DNA from: Octopus vulgaris
Lineage: Eukaryota
Reading direction: 5' to 3'
DNA length: 64,000 nucleotides
Assembly: GCA_951406725.2 (NCBI GenBank)
Contig: OX597816.1
Span: forward strand, 5,456,001-5,520,000
Shown: one piece after another, positions 23,413-36,833 of the stretch
Numbering within the stretch: position 1 is the stretch's first letter
How the letters are laid out: each line of letters begins with the position of its first letter
Position numbers and translations under genes: made by a program
The notes under the pieces: model-generated
What the model was told of the DNA's origin: nothing
What the model saw: only the letters and a program-made list of their open reading frames with translations
Databases searched by the model: none

Positions 23413-23558
23413 TATATATATATTTATATATATGTGTGTGTGTGTGTGTGCGTGCATGTATATCGATATACACACACATATATATATAGATATATTTATA
23501 TATGCATATGTATGCACACACACATATATATATATATACATATGTATATATATATCCA

Positions 23559-23605
<47 letters not shown>

Positions 23606-23633
23606 ACATAACACATGCACACTTACACACACA

Positions 23634-23686
<53 letters not shown>

Positions 23687-23980
23687 ATATATCTGTGTGT
23701 GCTTGTATCTACCTATCCATCAAACTATATATATGTGTTGGTGCGTGTGCACTTATATATATATATATGTATGTATGTATGTATATGTATATACATATAT
23801 ATATATATATACACATATATATATATATGCGTGGTGTGCGTACTTACGTATATATATATATGTGCTTGTGTGTGTGTGTGTGTGTGCGTGTGTGTGTGTG
23901 TGTAACGGAAAGTCAAATTGAGAAAAATGAGAGAGGGAGGGAGAGAGGCAGGTAGTGGGGATATGGAATAAAAATGAAAC

Positions 23981-24016
<36 letters not shown>

Positions 24017-24704
24017 GAAAGGAAGGAAGAAATTGAGGCATAGTAAGAGAGAGATGCAAATTAAGTATATTGAGTTTATTGATAAGGTGAGGGAAGATAA
24101 CGTGGCATGGAAATAAAATTAGTTTGAAGGAAAAAATACACAGAATTATGGAGGAATAAAGCACGACGATGAAAACTAGTGCAAGAGAAAGACAGAGAGA
24201 GAGAGAGGGAAAGAAAGGGAGAGAGGGAGATGCTGAAGGAGAAAGAGAGGAAGCGAGATGTGAGAGAATGCGAGAGAAAGAAAGAAGCAATACGTAGAGG
24301 CAGACGACAGATAAATCGATAGAAGATGAAGTTGAATGTCAACTAGAGACAGTAAAACAAATATTAAAACGGTTTTTTTTTTTCAAGATTCCACAATATG
24401 TTAAATATTTTGTTCAATAAATCAACAAAACACCTTTCTTGAGATAAATTTTACGATCTATCAACTGAAAGGTTGCTAACATCTCCCCTCTATCTATACC
24501 CTTCGCTCAGCTACAAAACTAAACATTTCCGAGCGTGGCTTTTTATGTTCGTTTAGTGTGAAAGACAAAAGAAAAGAACAACAGTCCTTTCACTGTTTCA
24601 TTCTTTTATTATATAAGCCTTGAAAAATGTGTCTTATTAAAAGTGTAATGAATTATGTTTAGCGTTCGAAGCCCTTACTAAAATTGATAGAGATACAATC
24701 GGAA

Positions 24705-24864
24705 TGATTGCGTGGCCGTGAGATAAGAAGCTTAATTCCAAACTAAAGAATCCCGAGTTCAGGTCCACTGCCTGGGATATTGGGCAAGTGCTTTCTACTA
24801 AGGCCACGGGCTGACCGAAACCTTGTGAGTGGATTTGATAAGCGGAAATTGAAGGAAGCCCATC

Positions 24865-24913
<49 letters not shown>

Positions 24914-25125
24914 TGTGTGTGTGTGTGTGTTTGTCCCCTACAACCTCTTGACAACCGGTGTTCGTGTGTTTACGTTCCCGTAACTTAGCGGTTACGCAAA
25001 AGAGATTGATGGAATATGTACAGGGTTTGTAAAGCTGTTGAGGTCCATTCGTTCGACTAAAGTTTCTTCAAAGTGGTGCCCCAGTATGGCCGCAGTCTAA
25101 TGACTGAAACACAAGAATAAAAGAT
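24705..25125 (+). mobile_element. SINE family A, older subfamily
   Basis: Diverged but colinear with family A. Confidence 0.85.
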
Positions 25126-25369
25126 TTTTTAAAAAGCATGCTATTGATCCAATTCGCAGGAAATTAATTTTTATGTTTTATTCGTTTTAAACATTAGAGT
25201 GTCTCGATGGTTGCGAATAAACTTGCCGTCTTTCAGAGTCAGCTACATCCAGGAAATAACCGATGACCAATATAATACTGATCTGTCTCACTTGACCAAC
25301 AAGACATCAAGTGTCACTCTGAAATACAGTTAACTGTTTTCTCGGTCCAGACCAATGAGATGACGAAAT

Positions 25370-25940
25370 ATTCTTTTCTAATCTAGGTACAAGGCCCGAA
25401 ATTTTGGGTGAGGGGCGCCAGTCGATTAGATCGATACCAGTACGCAACTGGCACTTAATTTATCGACCCCGAAACGATGAAAGGCAAAGTCGACCTAGGC
25501 GGAATTTGAACTCAGAATGTAACGGCAGACGAAATATCTATTTCTTTACTACCCACAAGGGGCTAAACACAGAGAGGACAAACAGATTAAGTCGATTATA
25601 ACGACCCAGGGCATAACTGGTACTTATTTAATCGACCCCGAAAAGATGAAAGGCAAAGTCGACCTCGGTGGAATTTGAACTCAGAACGTAGCGGCAGACG
25701 AAATACCTATTTCTTTATTATCCGCAAGGGGCTAAACACAGAGGGGACAAACAAGGATGGACATAGGTATTAAGTCGATTACATCGACCCCAGTGCGTAA
25801 CTGCTACTTAATTTATCGACCTCGAAAGGATGAAGGGCAAAGTCGACCTTGGCGGAATTTGAACTCAGAACGTAGCGGCAGACGAAATACCGTTAATCAT
25901 TTCGCCCGGCGTGCTAACGTTTCTGCCAGCCCATCGCCTT
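25370..25940 (-). mobile_element. SINE family B head-to-tail trimer; last unit has a different tail
   Basis: Junctions GACGAAATA(T/C)|CTATTTCTTT at ~25537 and ~25706. Confidence 0.9.
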
Positions 25941-25944
25941 GAGA

Positions 25945-28420
25945 TGACGAAATATCGATGTCCTTCAAACTCTACGGAAGAGTGTGACAGGATATTAATA
26001 TTATGGCATGAGACAGAAGAAATTCAACGGAAAGAATGTTTCCACATAAGACCAGTGCAAAAAATTTGGAAGACAAATAATTTGTTGCGGGAAAAACAGA
26101 AAACTATGGGGATGTAGACTTATGTACGGCATGTGGTGGGTTATACCTGAAAAAAGATTGTCCGTATAAAATATCAAAGTGTTTTTGCTGCGAGTTCACA
26201 GGACATATAAAATCGCAAGAAAAAATAAATAGTTTGTCAGCAGGAAAGCTTGAGACTACAACAAACAGAAAATTCGTGAATGTGAGAATTGAAAGCACTA
26301 GTGTCAAAATGAAATTAGACACGGGAAGTGACATCACAATAATCATCATCATCATCATCGTTTAACGTCCGCTTTCCATGCTAGCATGGGTTGGACGGTT
26401 CAACTGGGGTCTGGGAAGCCCGAAGGCTGCACCAGGCCAGTCAGATCTGGCAGAGTTTCTACAGCTGGATGCCCTTCCTAACGCCAACCACTCCGAGAGT
26501 GTAGTGGGTGCTTTTTACGTGCCACCAGCACAGGTGCCAGGGGAGGCTGGCAAACGGTCACGCTCGGATGGTGTTTTTTGTGCCACCGACACAGGTGCAA
26601 GATGAAGCTGGCGAACGGCCACGCTCGGATGGTGTTTTTTTGTGCCACCGACACAGTTGCCAGACGAGGCTGACGAACGGCCACGCTCGGATGGTGTTTT
26701 TTACGTGCCACCGGCACGGAGGCCAGGCGAGGCTGGCATGGCCACGATTGGATGGTGTTTGTTACGTACCCACAGCACGGAGGCCAGTCGATGCGGTACT
26801 GGCTACGGCCACGTTCGGATGGTTTTCTTATGTGCCACCGGCACTGGTACCACAAAAATACAAATTCCATTGATCTTCATCGATTTTGATTTGATGAGAA
26901 ATCATGGGAACAAATGGGTAAACCAAAATTATGTAATCCCGACAAAATAGCGTACTGTGTTACGGGAAGAAAATGATATTTCACGAGCGAACGCGTTTGT
27001 AATATAATGCTGAAAGGTCAAACCAAAAAAGTGAATGTTTATATGTTGAAAAGATCCATGAATTTATTTGGCACCGAATGTATGGAGAAATTTAATTTAA
27101 TTTAACCCATAAGCGCTTTGTGCAATAACGTAAACGGAGCAGTCATACGATCGAACGAGTTCGATGAATTAAAGCAAAAAAGTGATGTGGAACATCGTGC
27201 TGAACTACCAGTAACTTTGGAAGACATAAAAAGAAATATGAAATGTGACAAATTTATAAATGAGGCAAGAATAAAACTGTGGTCGACAAAAGGAAATAAA
27301 GAAAGGTCTGATGCAAAGAACTGCCAAAATGTGAACGGGTATCGTGTATGTGATGGTGTACTAATGTACGCTCAAAAGGTGGCCACACCACAGACATTAC
27401 AAAAGAGAATGCTAAAAGAGTTCTATATGGAACACCCAGATATCTCTAGAATGAAAGCGCTGATGCGAAGTTTCGTATTCTGACCAAGCATGGACAAGGA
27501 AGTTGAAAGCCAGGTAAACGGCTGCAGCGAATATCCTACTACAAAGTGTGAACTTTGGCCGGAAGCGAAAATACAACGATCCCGATTGCATATCAACTTT
27601 GCTGGCCCGGTAAATGGATATTATAATTTAATAGTAGTGGACAGCTACACAAAATAGCCTGAGGTTGTGAGGTGTAAACGACCAACATCATATACGGTGA
27701 TAAACTTCTTACACGAGGTGTTCGCAAGATTTGACCTACCGGATATGGCGTCTCTGATAACGTAACACGGTTTATATCTCGTGAGTTTAAAAGATTCTGC
27801 GTAATATTCACGTTAGAGTATGAAACTATACCACAGCTTCACTCTAGATCGAATGGAAGGACTGAACGGTTCGGGAACTCTTTCAAGATAGTTTTAAAGA
27901 AAGCTAATAAGGAAGCCACGAACGAGGTCTAGATCCAACAATTTTTAAGGGTATACAGAGTAATTCCAAACGCAAATGCGCCAGAAGAATGTTCACCAGC
28001 AGAATTAATGTTTGCCAGAAATGTGAAGTCAGTATTTGATAAACTGTTACCTTACCTGTGAAGAAGAAAAAAAACACGTGCTAGTAAAGACAAGCCAAAA
28101 TTCTTTAGAATTGGTGATAATGTTTATGTAAGAATGTACGAAAAATGGTAAGCAATACTGGGAAGAAATAGAAATGTAACATACATAGGAAGAATGATTT
28201 ATTGTGTAAGAAGCCGAAATGGAATGGAAAGGAGATATAGAAGTCAGCTTCAGGAAAGAGTCATAGAGAAGGAACCAACAAGAGTAGAAATACCAATGGA
28301 TTGGCTATATGACACTTTTTTCAGGTTTCAACACCATTACATGAAGTCGAAAGCACATGTACAAGGAAATGAAAGAACACTGAATTCCTAAAAGTAGACC
28401 CTAAAAAAAAAGATATTGAA
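25945..28420 (+). mobile_element. Internally deleted Ty3/Gypsy retrotransposon (gag-protease-integrase; RT/RNase H not seen)
   Basis: Knuckles CTACGG..DCPYK..KCFCC..GHIKSQ (~26120-26215); protease KMKLDTGSDITII (~26305-26342); integrase HPDISRMKALMRSFVF*P, RLHINFAGP..LIVVDSYTK*PEV, SDN, SNGRTERF. Confidence 0.9.
26342..26890 (-). mobile_element. RTE-tailed non-autonomous retroelement with internal ~59-bp tandem repeats, inserted in the Gypsy protease
   Basis: (ATG)n tail on minus strand, AGGAAGGGCATCCAGCTGTAGAAA motif, 5-6 units of GTGCCACC..GGCCACGCTCGGATGGTG (26510-26850); protease-like peptide resumes DEKSWEQMGKPKL. Confidence 0.75.
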
Positions 28421-28424
28421 TATA

Positions 28425-28836
28425 TACTCTTTTACTCTTTTACTCTTTTACTTGTTTCAGTCATTTGACTGCAGCCATGCTGGAGCACCGCCTTTAGTCG
28501 AGCAAATCGACCCCGGGACTTATTCTTTGTAAGCCTTGTACTTATTCTATCGGTCTCTTTTGCCGAACCGCTAAGTCACGGGGGACATAAACACACCAGC
28601 ATCGGTTGTCAAGCAATGCTAGGGGGACAATCACAGACACACAAACACATATACATATATATATACATATACACGACAGGCTTCTTTCAGTTTCCGTCTA
28701 CCAAATCCACTCACAAGGCATTGGTCGGCCCGGGGCTATAGCAGAAGACGCTTGCCCAAGATGCCACGCAGTGGGACTGAACCCGCAACCATGTGGTTGG
28801 TTAGCAAGTTACTTACCACACAGCCACTCCTGCGCC
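28425..28836 (-). mobile_element. SINE family A
   Basis: Reverse complement of family A. Confidence 0.92.
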
Positions 28837-28922
28837 CATATATCTATATATATAGATAAAAAGGAGGAGGTAGGGTGAATAAAAGAAATTGAATGTTAAA
28901 TAAAAAAAATTAAAATGGGAGA

Positions 28923-29885
28923 TGTTATATAGTGAAACTGTACACTCCTCCCGGTAAAAGGTGGTAGGAGCCAGTCATTATAAACAGACATGTAGCCAGT
29001 CGACAGGAAAAAGGTCAGGAAAGTCGGGAGGTCGAGAGTAGGTGTAGACTGTGTTAATAGTCGTGTTTGTGCTGATATAGTAATCATACTGTGATATTGA
29101 GTGGACGTAATAACGATCCAACCTTCTGAGGATAATAATACTGTATGAGTGGAGTGGGGGTCGTAAAGTGCCAGATAGAACCATTCTGTCGGAATATAAC
29201 AATATCTGTGAAAGCGACAACTGTCGTCAAATGATGGATACGGGAAAGGAAGCACTCCGTCGGTTACGACGACGAGGGTTCCGGTTGATCCGAATCAACG
29301 GAACAGCCTGCTCGTGAAATTAACGTGTAAGTGGCTGAGCACTCCACAGACACGTGTACCCTTAAGGTAGTTCTCGGGGATATTCAGCGTGACACAGAGA
29401 GTGACAAGGACGGCCCATTGAAATACAGGTACAACAGAAACAGGAAGTAAGAGTGAGAGAAAGTTGTGGTGAAAGAGTACAGCAGGGAACACCACCATCC
29501 CCTGCCGGAGCCTCGTGGAGCTTTTAGGTGTTTTCGCTCAATAAACACTCACAACACCCGGTCTGGGAATCGAAACCGCGATCCTATGAACGCGAGTCCG
29601 CTGCCCTAACCACTGGGCCATTGCGCCTCCACAACAGCCGTAAAAGACCGCTTTGCAACAATAGTGTGCCTAAACTAAGCTCGTTACAAATTGAACTTAA
29701 TATAGGAGGATTTCCTTAAATATGATCTGAAGAAAGGGATATTCAGGTGGAAAATCGGGGAAGTATTGCTGTTGATAAGTTATGATGGGGGAAATATATT
29801 GAAGATGTCCATGTATTTCGAAAAGAATCACATGGAAAAAAAGTTAAAAGGAGACGCAAGGAAACAGAATCCGATATATATATCA
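28923..29885 (+). mobile_element. Probable 3' LTR of the Gypsy element, split by a SINE
   Basis: Purine tract AAAATGGGAGA followed by TGTTATA just after integrase; right end uncertain. Confidence 0.45.
29248..29632 (-). mobile_element. SINE family C, full length
   Basis: Reverse complement of 4410-4796. Confidence 0.92.
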
Positions 29886-29889
29886 ATAT

Positions 29890-30115
29890 TACTCTTTACT
29901 CTTTTTACTCTCTTTACTTGTTTCAGTCATTTGACTGCGGCTATGCTGGAGCACCGCCTTTAGTCGAGCAAATCGACCCCGGGACTTATTCTTTGTAAGC
30001 CCAGTACTTATTCTATCGGTCTCTTTTGCCGAACCGCTAAGTGACGGGGACGTAAACACGCCAGCATCGGTTGTCAAGCAATGCTAGGGGGACAAACACA
30101 GACACATAAACACAT

Positions 30116-30177
<62 letters not shown>

Positions 30178-30342
30178 ACGACAGGCTTCTTTCAGTTTCC
30201 GTCTACCAAATCCACTCACAAGGCATTGGTCGGCCTGGGGCTTTAGCAGAAGACACTTGCCCAAGATGCCACGCAGTGGGACTGAATCCGGAACCATGTG
30301 GTTGGTTAGCAAGCTACTTACCACACAGCCACTCCTGCGCCT
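29890..30342 (-). mobile_element. SINE family A
   Basis: Reverse complement of family A. Confidence 0.92.
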
Positions 30343-30671
30343 ATTCCCTTCAAATGTTCAAAATCTTTCTGAGGCTGGTCTTGTCATTTATCGAAGGATG
30401 CATGAATCATTGTCAGCTAACGAGAAATCTTTACCATCTGAAAGAATGTATGTTTGAAAATCCTGAAATCATATCAATAGATATTAGATTTCTGTCAATG
30501 GTCCCAGGAGACACATGGCGTTACACAATGTCAAATATCGTGAAGCTGCAACGCATGTAGCTGAGAATAAACATCTAGGTGATAAATGTCTTAAAAGCAG
30601 TCGCCCCCACCCCAAGCATAAACTTGCGACGGTCATAGTCGCTAATGAGTTCACGTATATCGTTGACTTAT

Positions 30672-30972
30672 ACCGTGGTTGCATGGTAAGAAAATTCCTT
30701 CCCAACCACATGGTTTCGGGTTCAATCCCTGTGCGTGGCAGCTTGGGCAAGTATCTTCTACTACAGTGTCGGGCCGACAAAAGTCTTGTGAATAGATTTG
30801 GTAGACGGAAACTGAGAAAAGCCAATCCTGTGTATGTATATATACATATATAAGTCGTCATGATAGATCGGTAGCCACTACACACATTTTTTCTATTCCT
30901 GAGCGTTATACTAATACATCTGTTTGTTTTGTACACCACCTGTCTTCGTCTTTTGTCTTTTTCGTGAACTCT

Positions 30973-31022
<50 letters not shown>

Positions 31023-31500
31023 CTGTACGTGTATGTATGCCTGTGTGTGTCTGCGTTTGTCCCGCACCACCTATTTCTACGAAATACTTATTTCTTTACT
31101 ACCCACAAGGGGCTAAACACAGAGAGGACAAACAAGGACAGACAAACGGATTAAGTCGATTACATCGACCCCAGTGCGAAATTGGTACTTTATTTATCGA
31201 CCCTGAAAGGATGAAAGGCAAAGTCGACCTCGGCGGAATTTGAACTCAGAACGTAACGACAGACGAAATACCGCTAAGCATTTCGTCCAGCATGCTAACG
31301 ATTCTGCCAGCTCGCCGCCTTCACCGCTCGACAAAAGGTGTTGGTGTGTTTATGTCATTGTAACCTAGCGTTTCATCAAAAGAGGCAGTCAAAGTAAGTA
31401 ACAGACATCAAAAAGTACTGCGGCCGGTTCATTCGACTAAAAATTCTTCGAGGCGGTGCCCCAGAATGGTCGCAGTCTAACAACTGAAACAAGTAAAAAA
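30672..31500 (+). mobile_element. Old SINE family A with nested inserts (unclassified fragment 30852-30976; SINE B 31072-31321 on minus)
   Basis: Family A 5' half 30672-30850 resumes at 31020-31070 and 31322-31500. Confidence 0.8.
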
Positions 31501-32471
31501 AATACAAGACGTATTTATTATTAGGTATGCATTTATGTGTTTGTGTGCGCGTCTGAACGAATCCAAACTCTACCAATTCACAGATTTTATTATTCTAAAT
31601 GAAAAAACCAGATTAATGGTAGAGTTTGCCTTCGCTGTCTGGTTATATAACACATGAAAAAAGATAATAATGATATAATATAGGAAAAAATAACAAAGAA
31701 TATCGCCATCAATTCAGTTATCACATTTAGGAGGATAGTTTAATGTGTTTCTGAAAATGAGTTTCGGAATATACAATCAATAAGAAATCAAAGCAAATAA
31801 GAATAATTCTTTGAGATTCTTGGCGTTGTGTTTTATCTTTCTTAACGTGGTCTTCGATATTGTTGCAAATAGCTAAAAGTTCAGTTGTGTGTATAAGATT
31901 TTACATCATCTCAAAAAATATTTCCGCCAACCGGAGAATTGTTAAGGAAGTAATATATTGTTAATGGTTGGAAAATTAGGTAATATTTCTGCTGAAGGTT
32001 AGGCATTGGTATACAATTCCTGAAACATAAACGAAAAATCAAAGAATTCATAATCAATTGTTTATTATCGTTTTCTCGTTCTTTTTCTTGTTTTTTAAGA
32101 GACTGGTTCTGTACAACAATACGAGGAAGGAAGAAATAAAAAAAGAAATGTAAAATAAAAACCATAAAGATGAAAGCATGACGAGAGAACCGGAACGTAT
32201 CCATAATATAAGAACCAGCTCTTAAATTCTAATAGAGTCATTAGTCTGAATGTGTAATGAGAACCAACTACGTAGAAACATTTTGGTCTCACGGAGATTA
32301 ATTTCGGTATACGTCTTTCTTCATATTATGAAATGCTAAATATAAGATTAAAGATCTTAGATTTCCAAAATAGCGGGACAATAAATATTAATTCCCTAAG
32401 TAATTAGCTGTTATTTGTAATTAGCACAAATATGTCAGTGTATAGCACTTTGCATGTGGATACATAAATAC

Positions 32472-32535
<64 letters not shown>

Positions 32536-33254
32536 GCACACACATACATACACACATACACACACACATACATACATACATACATACATACATACATACA
32601 TACATACATACATACATACATGCGGATGAGTGTGTGTGATTTAGCAGCTTATTATCTCGTTTAAGTATAAGAGGGAATATAAATAGTATAATTAGTATAG
32701 AGATAACTTGATGAGGTTAGTTAAAGATCTCGAGAGAAGGGATTAACGGAGTAATTAGTTCAGATCTGACTCTTGTGAGACAGCAGAGACAGCAAAGAAT
32801 GAGAGCAACAAGCTTTACTGTTAATCCCTTTCGATAGATTGAGAATTATTAGCGATGCTTATAGCTTTTATAGATCTCAGAGTGAAATATTAGGAGAACC
32901 AGTCTTCAATTTTATGTGCTCTTCGTTAATAAACGAGGAAAATATATTCATCACAAAATTTCTGACAGAAATATCTTCATCAAATGTTCAAACTGACGGA
33001 AAGAATGTTCGAGAAAGTTGCTTCGTAAAGTGATATGCGTGTTGAATCCCATTGGTGGAATAATAGAACAAAAGAATAATGGTTAAGCACAGTATTCTAA
33101 GTTCCACAGCTTTGAATAAAATATGTACGTAGACTGAGAGTTTATCTGACCTGTTGAACAGCTAGAAATAACAGCTAAATATGTCCCGAATAGCATCAAA
33201 TAACTAACATAAGACGACACATCGGACTTGAGCATCTTGTTGCGAAATCCTTAA

Positions 33255-33477
33255 CCCTTTAACATTTAAACCGGCCATATCCAGCCAAAAGTATTCTTCT
33301 TTGTTTTATGTTCAAACTGGCCAGATCTGGTCTCTCACACCAACCCTACAATATCATTTTAAAAATTAACAGCTACCTCATCAAAATCTCATAGCTACAA
33401 GATAATGTCTGATTATTTCGAGGCAATGTGGATAAAAGAGGGATTAATTTTGGTAGAATAATGCAAGCACTAAAGGG
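33255..33477. mobile_element. piggyBac-like MITE
   Basis: TTAA|CCCTTTA...TAAAGGG|TTAA. Confidence 0.85.
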
Positions 33478-34422
33478 TTAAGTATAAATCAGATGGGATG
33501 GTCATGGCTAGTAATGTTTTCATCATAGTTTTTATGAATCAGAGCAATCTAAGTTTTCTTGAAAAGAAGCCCTTTATTGTATGTAAATAATCAGGTATGG
33601 CGATGGTTTTCCTTTATTCTGCTCCTTACGTGTTTTGCTCACAATAGTTTTAATGCATTTTGCAAACCCTCACACACACTCACGCGCGCACTCACACACA
33701 CACTCACACACACTCACACACACACAAACACACACACAAACACACAAACACACACACACACACACGCGCGCGCACAAATACACACTCACAGTGGCCTACA
33801 ATAACTTGAATGTCAATTAAACTTGGAATAATTTCATGAAAGATTTTACAAACTGAATGAAAATTTGTCTCAGCATTTCGTACCCCCTTCTTTATCTAAT
33901 CTTACAACTTTCATAGAATTTGAGATGGATTTGATTAAATTATCATTGAGTGATTGATCCATGTTTAATCATTCGTTGATCAATGATTATTTTTTTAGTT
34001 CTGTAATTAATGCAGTAATATTTCGACGGTCTTGATGCAAAACTTCAATGAAAATTTTCTCACATGCATTCTGCTGGAGTAAGACCGAGGCGTTGAGTGA
34101 CCAATTTCCTGAGATCAGGTTTCGTGAGATCATTTCCGAGATTGGAATTCCATCTCCCTGAAACAAGGTGGTCTTCTTATTAGTTTTAGTATTGGAAGAA
34201 ATTGGTAATTTCACAGTATTTTGTCCAAAATACAGTCAAGTATTTGACAGCATTTTAGATCATATAAATGGTTTCTAAAAAAAATCATCTCTCATACATC
34301 TGTCACCCAAACTGTTCAACATAACATAACTCTAAACCATAGTATGCAAATAACGGCCGCCATGATTCAGTTTTCGTTTTTAAAAAATATCAGAATTGGC
34401 TTCTACTACACTTGTATGTGTG

Positions 34423-34455
<33 letters not shown>

Positions 34456-34767
34456 TATTACCACGATAATATTTACAAACAAGACTCGTACACCTTTGTT
34501 GCATCAATCTGCGGGTTGGATTTATTTGCAATGTTTAATAATCTCAGAATGATGGAATTTATTTTTTAAAAAAACACGTATTTGTTGGACTTAAGATCAT
34601 GAACATTCTGTGATTGTAAAGCGTAGTAAATTTCTGCTTTTACGATTCTGTGTTACAATATTTTGAAATGAGATTTTCTACAGTATTGAGGAGTCTTTCA
34701 CCTCATTTCTGCCACTCTTTCTCTCTGTATATACATATATACATACGTACATATAGATATAGAGACG

Positions 34768-34812
<45 letters not shown>

Positions 34813-35789
34813 AGAAATGAGAAACAAAAACATGGAGATATATATATATACATACGAATAAGTACGTTTTTATCCATTTCTTAAACCACAACACTCACAC
34901 ACCTACACGCACACAAACACAAAGACTAACACACGCACACACACACACGCGTATATGTATAAGTGTGTGTGTATGAGTATGTATGTATGTATGTATGTAT
35001 GTATGTATGTATGTATGTATGTATGTATGTATGTGTGTGTGTGTTGAAATACAGGGAGAGAGAGAGAGAGAGAGTTGTATAGTCACCGATTATTCAGAAG
35101 TGACTCAGATACTATCTCTCCAACTCAATCAACTGCATCATGTCGATCTAGCTGCATCTCACCAACACAAAATCGTCAAAAAACCAGCTTGTAATTTGGT
35201 TTATATTCAAATATGTTAATCACCAAGGAAACCAAACAAAAAACAAAATCAAACAAATCATCTTAAAACATGGCACACACTTTACACTCCTATATTATTC
35301 TTCCTAATGAAATTATGATTTGGCAACACAAGAATATTTGAACAATTTTCGCTTTAGCCACGAACACATTAACATTTGTTTGTTATCTTTAAACTCTTTT
35401 ACAATATATCAATAAAAAAATTCCTTAATTGGTTACTTGTAGTTGACTGTTTACATTTTAAAACGTTTCAACCAGTAAGTTTAATGAGTTTTGATAAACT
35501 TAAATTTTTAAACTAATTCCTGAAATAATAGTTGTTTAATAGTTATTTGCTTAGCTTCTGCAGCGAGGACTTTATATATGTTTATTAACGTGGGCTGACA
35601 GCGCAGCGCAGTGATGTGTATAAGCACAAATTTGTTACCAGATCAAATATGCTTGTGGTCTATTGAAATCGGCCATTCACTGTATTCGGATGTTAAAACG
35701 AACCACTGAATAGCGCAACAATTTATTGAACGTTGTTGGGAATATCATAACAGGAAACTGTCTCTTGTATCAGTTCACAGCGTCCGTTT

Positions 35790-35885
35790 TTCTCTGCATC
35801 TGAAGAGGAAATAACCACTCCGAAATACAAACAGCCAACAGTCTGCTTAGGGGAGTGCTGCAAACTGTTTGTCCACAAAGAGAAG
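35790..35885 (+). ncRNA. Decayed type I hammerhead-like motif
   Basis: CTGAAGA-GGA..TCC-GAAA-t-ACAAACAG..CTGTTTGT-C; partial stem I TTCTCT/AGAGAA. Confidence 0.4.
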
Positions 35886-36612
35886 TTTTCTCCATGACAA
35901 AATACAACGAATGGCTTTCATGCGGGTTCAAATATACTTCAAGCATATTTGAACTGGTAATAATATTTTATTTACTAACTAACTGAAGTTATAAATAATA
36001 ATATTATATTTATTAACTAGCTGAGTTATTTTGTAAATAAGTGTTCTTCGGGGTAATATTTGGTAACCGGTCAGCTATGTATGGACACACGTGTAAGTCT
36101 TCCTGTTTGTACTTAAAAAACCGGCACAAATGTATAGTGATCCAATGCATGTGCCGCACATTAGCGCACTCCCTCCATGAAATCGATGATTGCCTGCAGA
36201 GATGCACAAGTGTGCCTCGCACCAGATGTCGAAATGATCGCACGTGCGAAATGAAACGAAGTGTTTTGCTCAAGAACACAGATCACCGACCAAGCTGGGA
36301 ATGGAACCTACGATCTAGCAATCGTGAGTGCAACAACCTAACCACAAGGCTACACGCCAATACACATACACACACACACACACAAATACAAACGCACACA
36401 CACTCATAGACACAAATATACGCACACACGCATACGCACACGAATATATGTGTGTGTAGAGAGAGAGAAAGAGAGAGTGAGAGAGTGAGAGAGAGAGTGA
36501 GAAAGAGAGAGTGAGAGAGAGTGAGAGAGAGTGAGAAAGAGAGAGTGAGAGAGAGTGAGAGAGAGTGAGAGAGAGTGAGAAAGAGAGGTAATAACTAGTT
36601 AACAGTTTAGTA

Positions 36613-36833
36613 CAATAATCCCTCAACTACCGCAGGTGTTACTTTCCAAACACCCCCGCGATAGATGAAAATCCGCGAAGTAGAAACAGTACTGTACTGT
36701 ATATTTTATTTTTATTTTTACAATTTGTATATATTTATTTTATTATAAATGCAAAAAGGAGCTACGGAGGAATCGATGTAAACTTAAATAACAAACCGCA
36801 ACAGGCGAACCGCGATGCGGCGAGGGATTACCG
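36613..36833. mobile_element. Tigger/pogo-like MITE
   Basis: TA|CAATAATCCCTC...GAGGGATTACCG|TA. Confidence 0.8.

Noticed and set aside
26510-26850. CRISPR-like array
   Set aside because: Whole units are homologous, there are no unique spacers or cas genes, and the context is eukaryotic.
31911-32204. Minus-strand ORF with hydrophobic N-terminus
   Set aside because: Hydrophobicity comes from a T-rich tract; no recognisable domain. A small exon cannot be excluded without RNA data.
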